DNA of 62,795 bases, filler included, from Hausera hauseri (taxonomy: Eukaryota): NCBI GenBank assembly GCA_046269625.1. It is 12 parts of 12 records of this genome, joined end to end, with 100 filler letters (N's around TTAATTAATTAA, not from the genome) between each part and the next. Parts side by side here need not be neighbours in the genome. Positions count along the whole stretch, not along the records: positions 1 to 4,777 come from JBJURY010439027.1; positions 4,878 to 10,898 come from JBJURY010152088.1; positions 10,999 to 15,306 come from JBJURY010644775.1; 9 more parts are not named here. One strand, 5' to 3'. Position 1 is the first letter of the stretch. The number at the start of each line of letters is the position of its first letter. The notes under the pieces are model-generated. The model saw only the letters and a program-made list of their open reading frames with translations. It made no database searches and had not been told where the DNA came from. Below, one piece after another: positions 1 to 12,407 of this stretch. The translations under genes were made by a program, and so were the position numbers.

Positions 1-109
1 ACTTATAATAATATGTTCTCTAATAAGTCATAAATGCTTACGTCGAATTGTCGCATAATGTAGAAAAAATAATTTTCCCACGAATAAAAATATTACTATC
101 AACTAATTA

Positions 110-1265
110 AAGGGTTTAATTTAGTCCAGTTAAAATTTAATTTAATACGCTCACTTTAATTTTTTTGAAAACCCTATACATCAATTTTGTCGACAAAAAT
201 TTAGTGGTATTAAATTTTATAATATAGATTTATTTAAAAATTAAACTAATAAAAAAATAAAATCAGCAACAGTTTAATTAAAACTGTTTCTTTCTAATTC
301 CTTTAACAGAATTTTCACGAATATGTTGAAAGCACTTGCTTGATTTTATATTATCCTTCCATTTATGTTAACAATAACGGCAGCAATAAGACAAGCAAAT
401 AGACAATCATCTGACCAATTATCGATTGACCAAATAATCAACAATTACAACTTCTCTTGATTAAGAAATATTTATTTTTTCATTGTGACAATGATAAAGA
501 AATTATTCTTTCTGTATTACTTGTGTCAGCTTTGTTTCTTATTTATTGGAGTGTGAATAATTTTATGTAAAAAGTATAACCTTTTTATTATTCGCCGGAA
601 TATTCTATAACAGTAGATAGACTATATAAGCGTCTGATTTTCGTGGACGTACACACAACTCTTTCTATATATGACCATGATATTCTATGATAATTGTATC
701 TTTTTATTTTCTTTGGATAGACAATTTGATAATTTCCATAAATATTAAACCTTTATATTTTTGAATTTTTGCCTTGATTCATTAGTTAACTTTCGTACGT
801 AAATTTTATAAGTAAGTGTGATTAAGTAACCTTTATCTTAATAGCGTATAATTAAGAACCTTAAAGTTTCATTTTTCCCTTTTGGTATTCCGGTCATACA
901 AAACCAGAGGTATAAAATTCTTAAATAAGGGTAGCGACGTTAGTGTACTTCTTAATGATCACGACTTACTAAGGTCTACTAAGTACTACCAAGCAGACCC
1001 AGCAGGCTGCTTCAAGAATGAATAAAAGCTCCGAATCTAGAAGAAAAGAGAAACCTCAAATTCTAACTACGATTGAGTAAGAACATAAATTTGAGGTTGC
1101 GAAGCCCAAACTACTTTCGAACCTGTAAACTTATCATTTAGAATAAAATTTAAATATTGTTATAAAAACAAATTTTAGAATTAAAATTTAGAAAAGATAA
1201 AATGAGCGGATTAAATTAAATTTTAACTGAATTAAATTAATCTTTAACCGGACTAAATTAACCTG
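110..1265. mobile_element. Non-autonomous DNA transposon/MITE with imperfect ~50-bp terminal inverted repeats
   Basis: Left end AAGGGTTTAATTTAGTCCAGTTAAAATTTAATTTAATACGCTCA (from 110). Reverse complement of the right end is CAGGTTAATTTAGTCCGGTTAAAG...TTCAGTTAAAATTTAATTTAATCCGCTCA (from 1265). TA flanks both sides (108-109, 1266-1267). No transposase ORF inside. Confidence 0.6.
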
Positions 1266-1355
1266 TATGTACGAGCATATTAACGCAACCCATTAACCAA
1301 ATAAATGAAATAACAAAAAGCAAAAAATATATTGATTGCAAAAGAAAAATCAAAA

Positions 1356-4300
1356 TTATAATTGAGGATCATCAATGTAAAGACTCGTTGATGCAACAAC
1401 TCCTCTGAAAATACATTGTTCGGTTTCCTGGAACTTAGCTGCAAGTGTAAAGTCCGCCATAACTTTACATGCTGATTCACAATGCCTCAACATTTCACAG
1501 AGTCTCATGATAATTCGCACAATATCACCACACTGTACATCAGTCAACTTGACAATGTCTGAGAATTTGGCACCATTTGCCCACTGTCTGATTGGTTCAA
1601 CTAATGAGAAATCAAGTTCTATTTCATTTCCGATTATTTTATTTCCATCTTGAAATTTATTGATTGCGTCAGTAATTTTTATTAGTTCCGTTAGAATGCC
1701 CTGTATTGACACGAAAGCATCTTTCACATTAAATATTGAGTCATCAATCCTCTTTTTCTCAAATACGAGACATGACAGTGCTGCTGCAATATCAGACGGT
1801 GCTGCGTTAGTCAGAACACCAGATAGAATCAAATCCGTCACAACAACACTTTGTGACTCAATCTCGCATGCAATCCTTCCCCGCAATTCAATCGTGTCTT
1901 TGTCTGGATGAATGAAACCGAATGATTTCAGTAACATTACCTTGTTTCTATATTCAGGTAAGAAAGCTAAGTTTTCATCTGATAAATAGTTCGTCAGAGT
2001 GTTCAAGCGACTTGTTAGTTTATCGATTGTCGATATATACAACAGGTGTTCGGAGAGAAGTATGCAATTAATACAGTCATAGCTCAGCAAGATATTATCG
2101 GCTGCTTCGTAAGAATAATACGTTTGGATAATTACTTTCTGATACGGATCTTTGATATTCAATTCTTTTTCGTAATTTGCGAAATCGGTAAGTTTAAATT
2201 CTTCGCAAATGTGAGACAAGGTTCTTCGAAAATTATCCGAGCCTATGATCCAATCTGACCAAGATACTTTGCGGAAGTATCGAGACACCCAGTACTTTTC
2301 CAAATCTTTAAGATCAAATTTTACTTTCGTCTGTAAAACTTTGTTAATGCCGACAAGAGGTATGGTTATTATTTTGGGAATGCAATTTTCAATTTTTCTG
2401 TGTATTATTTCGTCCATAGTCGGTCTAATAGGAATTGTTTGAGGATTATGAGTATTTTTACTTCCTTCGTGATTTTCGACCACCTCAAACGTCAGAACTT
2501 TCAGTTTATACTTCTCCGCTCCACCATTTTGAGGAATTATTGAGAGAATAATACCTGGAACAATTTTCCTGCTATTTATACAAAATTCTGGTATCCAATA
2601 CGTATCCAAAAGGACAACTCTGCCACAGGTCAGGAAGTTATGGATTTCATTTTTAGATTCAATAATCGAACAGAGAATTTTCTTCGTTTCCACATAATCC
2701 TGGCATGCCTTTGAATAATCCGATACGTTATCCAGATGGCACATGTTATCTAAACAATTCAGTCCTTTTATATGAATGGTCTTAATTTGTTCTAAAACAT
2801 TTTCATATTCTTCACAGTGCTCATCGTACATTTTAAGTCGTCCGGCCTCTATGAAACTGTGTCGGATCATGTACTGCATATTGAACTGTCTATTTCTGTA
2901 GAGGGACAAAATCATGTTATACGTAATTTTGAACTTCGATTCCAATTCTGTAGCTGATCCGATCAGCGTTCTTTTCAAATCATCTTGAGAATAGATATCG
3001 GCTTGAGGTTTAATAAGAATAATTACGTTTCCGATTTTGTCGAGTCCTCTACGACCTGCACGACCTGCCATTTGTGTAAATTCACCCGGAAGTAAGAAAC
3101 GTTTTTTGTGTCCATCGTGTTTCTCAATGCTGTCGAATACAACTGATCGTGCAGGCATGTTAACTCCCACGGCAAATGTCTCGGTGGCGAACAGTACTTT
3201 GACATAACCCTGTGAGAACAAAATTTCAACGATCTCCTTTAAAATCGGTAACATTCCAGCATGGTGCATGGCAACACCTCTCTCGAGCATTTCCTTCACT
3301 TCGAGAACCTGTGGCAAATTTCGATCAGATGCATTTGTAAATTTCCGATTGATTATTTCGCGGAAATATCTTCTGGTATTGCCTTTCTCGACGTCATTAA
3401 GTAAATCTAACGATCGCAAATCAGCAACTGTTGTCTGAATACGTTTTCTCGAAAATAAGAAACAAATAACTGGCAAATTGTCTCGTTCCTTTAAAGTTTC
3501 AAACAAAGCCAACCATTGACTTTGATCTTTATTCGTGTTGTTATAATTCGAACTCGGTTTTTTCAGATCTGGATTTTCAAATTTGTTTTTCTTCTGATCG
3601 GATTTCTTTTCCAGTTTCTGCTTGTCATCTTTGTTATTGACTGTCGGCTGTTTCATGAACTTCTTCATGGCTTTCTCGGTCATACTTTTTTTCACTCCAA
3701 CAGCAGCCTGATATTCATGCTGTCCAAAATTCTTATTGGCATCCAATATTTTGTAAAATTCATTTCGTTTATTACGACCAGTCCCAACAAATAAGTAAAC
3801 GTCAAGAGGCACTGGTCGTTTGGTTGTACTCACGACCTGGATTTGGGTACTTTGAACACGGCCGAGCCATTCGGCGAATTGCATTATGTTCGGCACGGTA
3901 GCACTTAACATGACCAGTTGAACGTTTTTCGGTAAAAGAATCATAATTTGTTCCCAAATATGGCCACGAGATTCATCGTTGATGAAATGGACCTCATCCA
4001 TGATGACAACTTCCAAGTCACACAAAGTCGTGCAGCTATTCTTCAACATGTTGTGCAAAATTTCTGTCGTCATAACGAGAATATATCGATTGCTACCAGA
4101 TTTAATATCTCCCGTTAATAGACCAACATTTTCATTACCAAACGTTCTTTTGAATTCCCGATATTTTTGATTGGAAAGTGCCTTAATTGGACTCGTATAA
4201 ATTACTCGAGCGCCTCTTTGCTGGCACATTGCAATAGCATATTCGGCAACAACCGTTTTACCGGCGGACGTATGGGCTGCTACAAATACCGATTTGGAGT

Positions 4301-4568
4301 TTTCCAATGATACAATTGCCTTTTTTTGGAACGTGTCTAATTCAAATGGCCATTCCCATGCGGGGTTCGATATGAGTTCTTTTAGTGGCTTGCACGTTTC
4401 GTTAACATTTAATTGAATTGCAAAATTTTCGTCAACTTGCGACGTTTTCTTTCCGTCTTGCTTACTTGTAAAGAGTTTTTGAATTGTTAAGTGTCCGGTG
4501 CGCTCGGTCACTATGGGTAAATTACATTTTTCATCTGTACTTGATATCTCTGATTTTAAAAGGAACAC
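1356..4568 (-). CDS. SKI2: Ski2-like DExH RNA helicase (SKI complex helicase, SKIV2L); 5' end uncertain
   Basis: 1070-aa uninterrupted ORF with WPFELDTFQKKA (Q motif), AAHTSAGKT, YTSPIKALSNQKY, DEVH, LSAT, VLFATETFAVGVNMPA, QMAGRAGRRG, an arch insertion and a DSHCT-type C-terminus (RGVVASTSLY). The WPFELD context and the GEFTQMAGRAGRRGLD motif favour Ski2 over Mtr4. Confidence 0.92.
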   Translation of the reverse strand: MFLLKSEISSTDEKCNLPIVTERTGHLTIQKLFTSKQDGKKTSQVDENFAIQLNVNETCKPLKELISNPAWEWPFELDTFQKKAIVSLENSKSVFVAAHTSAGKTVVAEYAIAMCQQRGARVIYTSPIKALSNQKYREFKRTFGNENVGLLTGDIKSGSNRYILVMTTEILHNMLKNSCTTLCDLEVVIMDEVHFINDESRGHIWEQIMILLPKNVQLVMLSATVPNIMQFAEWLGRVQSTQIQVVSTTKRPVPLDVYLFVGTGRNKRNEFYKILDANKNFGQHEYQAAVGVKKSMTEKAMKKFMKQPTVNNKDDKQKLEKKSDQKKNKFENPDLKKPSSNYNNTNKDQSQWLALFETLKERDNLPVICFLFSRKRIQTTVADLRSLDLLNDVEKGNTRRYFREIINRKFTNASDRNLPQVLEVKEMLERGVAMHHAGMLPILKEIVEILFSQGYVKVLFATETFAVGVNMPARSVVFDSIEKHDGHKKRFLLPGEFTQMAGRAGRRGLDKIGNVIILIKPQADIYSQDDLKRTLIGSATELESKFKITYNMILSLYRNRQFNMQYMIRHSFIEAGRLKMYDEHCEEYENVLEQIKTIHIKGLNCLDNMCHLDNVSDYSKACQDYVETKKILCSIIESKNEIHNFLTCGRVVLLDTYWIPEFCINSRKIVPGIILSIIPQNGGAEKYKLKVLTFEVVENHEGSKNTHNPQTIPIRPTMDEIIHRKIENCIPKIITIPLVGINKVLQTKVKFDLKDLEKYWVSRYFRKVSWSDWIIGSDNFRRTLSHICEEFKLTDFANYEKELNIKDPYQKVIIQTYYSYEAADNILLSYDCINCILLSEHLLYISTIDKLTSRLNTLTNYLSDENLAFLPEYRNKVMLLKSFGFIHPDKDTIELRGRIACEIESQSVVVTDLILSGVLTNAAPSDIAAALSCLVFEKKRIDDSIFNVKDAFVSIQGILTELIKITDAINKFQDGNKIIGNEIELDFSLVEPIRQWANGAKFSDIVKLTDVQCGDIVRIIMRLCEMLRHCESACKVMADFTLAAKFQETEQCIFRGVVASTSLYIDDPQL

Positions 4569-4777
4569 ATCGGGTCTTGGAAATTGTATGCCATTTTAAA
4601 TAAAGATTGGTTTTTGACATAAGTCAACTTGGTGAATTAAATAATTAAATTAATTAATTAAATTTTTAAGGTAATATTGCAAATCTGATTTAAATTTGAT
4701 AAAATTTGTTTCAAAATAAATAATTTGGATTGCAATAAAAATTTTCTACTGGTGCTTACTTTTCAATGAGTAATCTC

Positions 4778-4877
4778 NNNNNNNNNNNNNNNNNNNNNNN
4801 NNNNNNNNNNNNNNNNNNNNNTTAATTAATTAANNNNNNNNNNNNNNNNNNNNNNNNNNNNNNNNNNNNNNNNNNNN
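4778..4877. other. Artificial contig-joining linker (first of 11)
   Basis: 44 N + TTAATTAATTAA (stops in all six frames) + 44 N. Identical linkers at 10899-10998, 15307-15406, 19475-19574, 26823-26922, 31617-31716, 36601-36700, 42998-43097, 48259-48358, 52334-52433 and 58453-58552. Confidence 0.98.
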
Positions 4878-5333
4878 TTCTTTAAAGTCTACATGATTGA
4901 AAACAATGCCATCATGTATAAAATAATCTTTATCATATCTAGAAACTTGAACAATTTTTCAAACAAAGAAGATATTTCACGGATCCTCTAATTTTCGTAT
5001 TTTAATAAAATTAATGGTTTAAACTATATTGATGATGATTTAAAATTTACTAAGACTCTTATTGTAATAATTAAGGAATTACTTTTCTGCGTTAAACTTT
5101 AATATCAAAAAATTATAAAGATACTACATGCCCCATTTATCCAACTTTAGTTTATTTTGATAAATTTTATTAAAAAACCCTACCATTTTAAACATGCTTT
5201 TGTTTTATAATTGCAATACTTCAAATTTTATAAAATGACAGTTTATTTTTAATTTATTTTTCATATATTGCTTTTTGATGTTTCATCCTTAAAAATACCA
5301 ATGTTTTAGATTAACTGAAATTTCATATGATAA

Positions 5334-8300
5334 ATGAAGAATTCGAAGAATATAGATAAAAGTTCAAAAAAAATTCGTAATTATTTCCAATTGAAATCAA
5401 AAGTCAGAAAGGGTAAATTGAAATTAAAACAGAGAATTTCCAGCAAATTTCTGGGTAAATATGCATGGATTTATTTTCAGAATGGATTTCTTTGTTGTTC
5501 GGTTTGCAAATCTGATGTTGTCAGTGCAGATGATCGACTTGTTGAAGAGTGTTTAACCGATCATAACGACAAATTTCATGCCGAGGAAAACGTTGTAAAG
5601 CGAAAAAGGAGAATTGGTTTGAATCACAGCGAAGAAACCGTTTCGAAAGACTTGACAAATCAAAATTTAAATGATGCTGATGAGCGATTAGAAAAATTGC
5701 GAGGAGGTACGGGTAAAAAGAGAAAATTAAGCTCCATTGGTGATGATTTAACAGGTAACGATAAAAGGGATGATATTTCAAGTGGTTGTGTCGAGGAAAA
5801 TGAAACTAAAAGTGATGAGTTACGTATAGAAATGTTGAAGAAATACTCATGGTTATACATTAAACAAGACAGTTATCGTTGTCGATTTTGTGAAATTGCT
5901 TATGAAATGAACAGTGATCGGATTATTCCAACGTATTGGTCATCGCCCGAAACAGAAACCGCTCCGTCTTTCGAAGAACCGCTAAGCGAATCATTTTTTA
6001 CTGAACATCAAAATTCTGATAATCACATTACTGCCAGTAGCCTTTTTAACGATAGAATTGAACCGGTCGTTGTAATGGAACAATTGGATTTACCAACAAC
6101 ACCGCAGTTGGTTAAAAGTCCACGTAAACCAGTATTTTCTAAACCGAACGTTACAACTCGCAGTTCGGCACTTTTAGCCAAAGAATCAGATATCACCATT
6201 GAATCGATAATTGAACCAATAGAACCAAAAGAAGAAGAAGTCGATACGCCGTATTTGCTATCACAGACAAACGAAGAATTGCCTGCTAATTCAACATCGG
6301 ATCGACTGTTGTCCGGTGCAAATGACGGCAAAGGAAAACGATCAGGAATTCAGAAAGTATTACACGGCAACCTCGAAATCGTTAATCTTAATGACACGTC
6401 AATTGATGGTAAAGAAATTGAGGAGTTGACGGAATACAGAGATGTAGATGAAGATCGACCAATAGTCATGAGAGCGAAACGTCGTGGTCGGCCATCGTGG
6501 AAATATCGGGAATCACTGTCAAATGCAACCGAGGAGAGGCGAGAAAGGTCAAAGACGGTTAGTGATACACATAAACTGCAGCAGACATCTGCAGTGACCA
6601 TTAATGTGAAACGTGGACGTGGTCGACCACCGAAAGTTTCCAAATTGACTGAAACACAGCCGATAATAATCAATTCATATGACGAAACCGATGACCACGA
6701 ATTGCAATTCTCGTCGTCCACAGTCGGTGGTATTGACGTAATTCGGGAAATTCGACATATGAAGACTCCGAATCGTCACATTCAGCCAGATTTTGTATCG
6801 GAATCGGAATGGAGTGAATTCAAAGAAACATTTCCGTGGCTGTACTTTAAAAATGGAGTTTACCATTGTTTCTATTGTGAAGAAGCATTTGTCCGATTCA
6901 GTGATAAACTACATGCCACTGTTTGGACATGTCCAGAATTGGCGGATGACACAAATTGGCGATCAGTGCCTCATGATCGGGCACGAGGACGAATGGCTCG
7001 TCATGAGAGTACTAAAAATCATTTGGGTGGAGTGGAGTTGCTTATGGCTGCCGACAAACCGGCTAGTAGACAGAAACCAGGGACTGCCAGTAGGCAATTA
7101 TCTGATTGGGATACGAAGATCGAGAGTACTGAGGAGCCGTATCCGCTGGATGTTGTCGCCATACCGGATTTCATGCCACTGAAGATCCATTCGGCAATTA
7201 CGCAGTTGTATCCATGGTTTCGCTGCAAAGATAAAACTCATTATGCCTGTGCTATTTGTTTGGAAGCCGGGAAAATTGGTTCGAAAATGTTGCTGGAGAC
7301 TCCTTTTACAAAGGGCTACATGGAATTTGATCCATCTGAGAGGTGTCCATCGTTTAAGAATCGACTCAGTCACCATGCGGAATCATCGAATCATTTAATT
7401 GCCATCAAAGTCTGTAATAAAGGGTCGCTGGCATCATCGCAGATGAAACAGAAGCTGCAGCAGCAACAACAGCTGCTGTCGACTGGTGAGGTTATCCATA
7501 CTAGACTGCAGAGTGGAGCGAGTAAAAAGATCGATTACAGACGTTTGTCAAAAGGCACCAAGCAGAAAAGATTCGATGAAAACCAGACGACATATAACGA
7601 ACTGGTGGATTTGTTCAAAGAGCCGTTGAGTATGCCGGTCGCTCGTAGGACGACACGACGAGAGAAATTCGATTTTCTGTGTCCGCAGTGCAAAACGATA
7701 CTGCCAACCGTGGAGAGTATGGTGCAACATATCAGCCAGTGTGACGAACCACATTCGACCGTTATCTGCTGCATCTGCAGTCCGGAATCGTGTCAGTTCG
7801 ACACAATCGGCAAAGTGGACCAGCACGCAATTCAGCAGCACAACAATCGACGTCTATTCCGTTGTCCCCAATGCGGCGATCGATATCTGCGGTTGACATC
7901 GGCGATGCGTCATTTCGTCAATTCGCATCATGTCTTCTGGAATCCGTTTGAAGATTACACGCCAGATAAAATGATAACGCCCGTCGATTGTCCGGTGTGT
8001 CATGATCAATTATTCGGTAGTCAATTAGCAGAACATTTCATGCAATCAAATTGTTCAGAGTTTGTCCAGCCGGCCGTTGATATTCAGCCGATCCCCGTAA
8101 CTGAACTGCAGGCTATTGCGGTAACACGAGAAAAGGAGCAGTTCCAACAAGAACCGGCGGTAGATGAGGATGAGGAGGAGGAGGAGGAAGATGATGCTGA
8201 TGAGATGATGAGGAAACTGCAACAGGCTACGGAAGCCGTTGAAATAATCGAAGAAAGGAAAGTTGTACCGAAACCCAGAGATTCTAAAACGATGAGTCTC

Positions 8301-10043
8301 GTGGAGCAGGTGGAGAAGTTCATTGCGGAACGTATGGATTTACTAAAGGGGAATTCTGGATCACCGTACAAACCGCCGAGAATGTCGGCTGGGGAAAGTA
8401 GCCAATTGCAGGATTATTCAATGGATGTCGTGGAAATGGCAGCGGATGTAGCAGCGATGGATGTACGGATAATCGAAGGTAGTCAACAACAACAGCAGCA
8501 GCAGCAGCAACAACAACATCCGGTGGAGCCTTGTCCGGAACCGTTTATGGGACGAAAACGAGCGAGAAAAAACAAATCAACTAAATCATTGATTCAGGCG
8601 CTCATTGTCAACAGTAAGAAGACACAAAACCGATTGGATGGTGCCGGTCCGAAGAAAATGAGAAAGAAGCAGATTTCATTTACAGAAAAGGACGAACATC
8701 TGGAAGGAATGGGCAGGAAGTTAACGGAATATAAACAGCGACCGACAGCCGGGAGGAAAAAGATGAAGATGCGATATATGACACCGGATGAACGTCATCA
8801 GACGACTGATTCGTTCAAGGATCTGGAACGTACAATAATCAGCGTTATTACTCAACGAAAACCGGAACAAATCAAAAATTATTATCAACCGAATTACCAT
8901 CAAAATCGCGTCAAATCCGAGTCCGAATTGAAGAGCGAACATTCGACGAGCAAGCGAACGAGTGCTTCCGTCGATTCAGTTCTTGAATCGGATGCAGCCA
9001 GTTCTCAGTTGTTGAGTCTGTTAAAGAAACCGCCGGTGTCCATTCAGTTCCAGACGACACCGCCAAAGAACCAGCAGAACAAGGCGGAAATGAGTCTCAT
9101 CAAACCGCTTTCGTTCATGGATCGAATGCGACACATTCGGGAATTGAAGAAAATTCGTGCCGAACGGCAGCGAGAGGAAATGATGGCCGTTGACAGGACA
9201 ATTGCCGAATTGAATGAGAAATACGAGGGTCAATCTATTCTGTCGAATAGTGCGGAAATCAAGAAATTGCTCAATTCTGATCAATATTCGATGGATGATT
9301 TGAAGAATATTCTGCATAAGAAAATATCACCGAATGTCTCACAGTCATCAATGGCCAGACGTCGATCATCATCACCGCAACCGCCACCGCCACCAGGGCC
9401 TCCACTGCAACCAGCTGCATCGGTACCAACGACAACTGTCATAAGAAATGAAACGGAAAATCCGACATCATCACCGATCAAAGATCCCCAAAATTGGTCG
9501 CAGACTCATCCAACGTCACCGCAAAGAGAACAGCAATTGGCGATGAGAAAAGATCAATTAATGAAATTCGCCTGTGGTGTATGTGACGAATCATTCAAAT
9601 CGCTACGTGGCCGTGACGAGCACATCCGACAGAATCACAAAGGCAAACGTCTGTTCAATTGCAAATCATGTTCGATGACGTTTTCTACGCACGCTCTGCT
9701 GCGTAAACATGCACAGAAAGCCCACATTGGCAACGTGTCGAAAGCGGTATTCGGTACGGAATCGAACACGGAGACGAAGTTCAGTTACCATTGCCAACAA
9801 TGTCCATTGATGTTCACGTCGAAATCCGGATTCAATCACCATATGACGAGTTGTCATCGACCAGGAATGGAAATGAAACAGAAACAATCGAATAATAAGA
9901 CGGATTCGTCACAAACGTCGTCATTTCCCGTTGATGAGTACGTTGCCAAATTGGTGGCATCCGATCCTAAACAAAGTATCCAATCGTGTTTTACCTGCCG
10001 AGAACAATTCGACAATGATTTCGAATTGACGATCCATTTGATT
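5334..10043 (+). CDS. Large nuclear zinc-finger protein, exon with four TTF/hAT-type W-L...CxxC...H fingers, AT-hooks and C2H2 fingers
   Basis: Long ORF. Repeats KYAWIYFQNGFLCCSVC, KYSWLYIKQDSYRCRFC, FPWLYFKNGVYHCFYC and YPWFRCKDKTHYACAIC, three followed by H-x-S-x-N-H-like ends. AT-hooks KRRGRPSW and KRGRGRPPK. Several C2H2 fingers (e.g. FACGVCDESFKSLRGRDEHIRQNH) and polyQ tracts. Splice donor ATT|GTACGT at 10044. Confidence 0.85.
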
Positions 10044-10485
10044 GTACGTTTTTTTTTTTATTTTAACATTTAGCCGATTATCGATTTCGAATTTCTGATT
10101 TTATATATTTCCTTATTTTTGTCTTTCGACACATTCGTAAAGGTCTATTAAGTTGTAAAAAGAAACTTTCGAGAATTTGTAAGTCGTCGTCCTCTCACCC
10201 CTCCCCCACCGCTCAAATGGTTTTTGCGAGGTTGGTCCCGAGGAAATGGAATTTGGCGAACTGCGTTATTTACTTAACCCTTTTGAGACCATCGCGCCTA
10301 AGTGAAGAAAAATTTTAATACAGATTTTACATATTACATCATTTCGCACTTCTTCAATTTCCCTCCTAACATGCTGATTGCTCGTGGGGGGGGGAGACTG
10401 AAGAAGTGCAAAATGCCGTTTGTTAAAATGCCAATTTACTACAAAACCGCAAAAACGATTGTTCCATAAAAATTGCCCATTTCAG

Positions 10486-10898
10486 GATCACCAACGAGAA
10501 CGATTTATTGCCGACAGTGATTCGGTCCAATTTGCCTGTCCGAAATGCTGTCGTTTGTTTTTCGGTAAAGACGGTAAATCGTATCTGAAAGACCATTACA
10601 ACATTGTCCATTTGGAAAAACCATCACCGTCTTGTGACGATTGCGGCATGAAATTTTCCAGCACTGTCTGTTTTGCCATGCACCGGAAATTCGTAAAGAA
10701 CTGTTCGAAAAAATCCGCCGACGAACTGAAACTCACCGATCCGTACGAACCGTTAAACGACGTTCGGAAATTGGCATTTGTCTGTAACAATTGCCAGATG
10801 TTGATGGCGGGTAACGATGCGGAATCACGGTTCCAAATCCATTTTAGCGAGTGTCACTTGGTGAATAATAACAACAATAACAATTATAGTAGTCGAAC
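10486..10898 (+). CDS. Next exon of the same zinc-finger gene (runs off the contig end)
   Basis: Acceptor TTTCAG|GAT at 10485/10486. A phase-0 splice of intron 10044-10485 completes the finger CFTCREQFDNDFELTIHLI-DH and continues into further fingers (FACPKCCRLF...HYNIVH, CDDCGMKF, CNNC...HFSECH). Confidence 0.8.
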
Positions 10899-10998
10899 NN
10901 NNNNNNNNNNNNNNNNNNNNNNNNNNNNNNNNNNNNNNNNNNTTAATTAATTAANNNNNNNNNNNNNNNNNNNNNNNNNNNNNNNNNNNNNNNNNNNN

Positions 10999-11330
10999 CA
11001 GGGTGAATGAGTTAGGAGTGTGTGTTGTGTCGAAATGTTTGAATCACTTTGTGTGGGTAGGTAAGTGATAGAGATCTGTGGTTTGATGGGTTTGTCCATG
11101 GTATCAGTTGTGGGTTATGAATCCATGCCAACACGGATACGGAAGTGAATGTGAAAATAGACATAAGTCGAATAAGGTTGGAGGAATCCAGCAATTGTGT
11201 GTGAGGTATAAGTCAGAGGAGTGGAGTAAGGTAGAGATGAAGTTGTGAATAGCCGCAATGTGTGAGTGTAATGCTGTATATGTGTGAATATATTTGTTAT
11301 TTAAAAAAAGAAAGATGGAATAGGAAGAGG
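10999..11330 (-). mobile_element. 5' fragment of a CsRn1-like Gypsy element (ubiquitin-like leader of Gag), decayed
   Basis: IFLFLNNKYIHTY...LLHSSDLYLTH...IHFRIRVGMD aligns with the leaders at 38928-39140 (-) and 59790-60010 (+). Confidence 0.55.
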
Positions 11331-11749
11331 TGATATGTCCGGGTGCATGTTTTTGGGCGTCAACGAAAAGTGTCGTCCGACCCAATGGTACAGGGTGGGC
11401 GGCCGGGACCTCAGCTTCTCCGCGGAGGCTCCCAAATTTCGGGGTAACCGAATTCGCTGCTTGCAGTATGATGAAATGCACCGGTGATGGAGTAACAAGT
11501 GGAGATGAATCACATTCTATATTCAGCATTTTGTCTTCCTGCACTTTGCCGTTCCGTTGGATACCGGTTTTCATTTCGACGAAGAGACTCGGGTCGACTT
11601 TCCATTTGTATAGTAGTCAATGTCCTCGGCTTTTCAGATGCATTTATTGCGTGGAGATCGTTGAATATGCAACTCCAGAGTTTACAGAAAATTTGAATTA
11701 TTTTCCCATTTTCGTTCTTTGTAGTTTCGATACATGAATTGGCACAACA
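11331..11749 (+). repeat. LTR of a different LTR retrotransposon
   Basis: Starts TGATATGTCC and ends GGCACAACA (imperfect TG...CA inverted termini). A PBS follows 2 nt downstream. Confidence 0.55.
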
Positions 11750-11751
11750 AT

Positions 11752-11769
11752 TGGTGTCAGAAATGGGAT
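11752..11769 (+). promoter_or_regulatory. Primer-binding site complementary to tRNA-Leu 3' end
   Basis: TGGTGTCAGAAATGGGAT, one mismatch from the common Gypsy tRNA-Leu PBS TGGTGTCAGAAGTGGGAT, directly after an LTR-like ...CA end. Confidence 0.7.
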
Positions 11770-12407
11770 TATATTTATTTAAAAGTACGAATTCTTTCCC
11801 ACCGGACCTTTGAAAGGAATAATAAAATTTACAAACTCAGTATTTTTAACCAAATTTTGTTGGTGCACTAAAATGTACTTTAACCATTCTTCATCACCAA
11901 CAACATTCGATTATTTTCTTGTGAAGTACCGTTTTTGTAATATGTTATAATTAACAACAGATAATTTTCTCCACCTGCCTCGGAAATATCTCCAAAAGAA
12001 TAACTCGTATTTAGCTTCAAAAATGTATTTTTTAACGTTCAAAAAGAGCATACACTTTTTATTTGAAACTATCATGTGTTTTAAACAACATATCTCACAA
12101 CACAAAATCACAGAATATTAAATCCGGCCTTTGTCTATGAACTCCTGTCTCTACAGCTGTTTCATGTCTCAATTTCCATCTTAATAATCAGAATTACTAA
12201 ATCTAAAATTTACATGGACTATGTACATATAAGCATAATGTTGGGAGAGCATTGCCATAAAATACAACATGTGAAACTCTAACATTTGTTACAACCAAAA
12301 AAATGTATATATATAGAACAACTACCAACCCTCTATCTTAAAAAACTTTCACAAAATACAATATTTCACAAAATTCTCTACATGAACTTAAAAGGTGGTG
12401 GCACTAC

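Noticed and set aside
4822-4833. Recurrent TTAATTAATTAA palindrome between N runs as a biological repeat or array
   Set aside because: Identical 100-nt six-frame-stop linker at every contig junction; an assembly artefact.
5521-9887. Many short antisense or overlapping ORFs on the zinc-finger gene, Ski2 and the retroelements
   Set aside because: Shadow ORFs of long coding regions with no recognisable motifs.
10275-10300. piggyBac-like end TTAACCCTTT in the zinc-finger intron
   Set aside because: No matching opposite terminus found.
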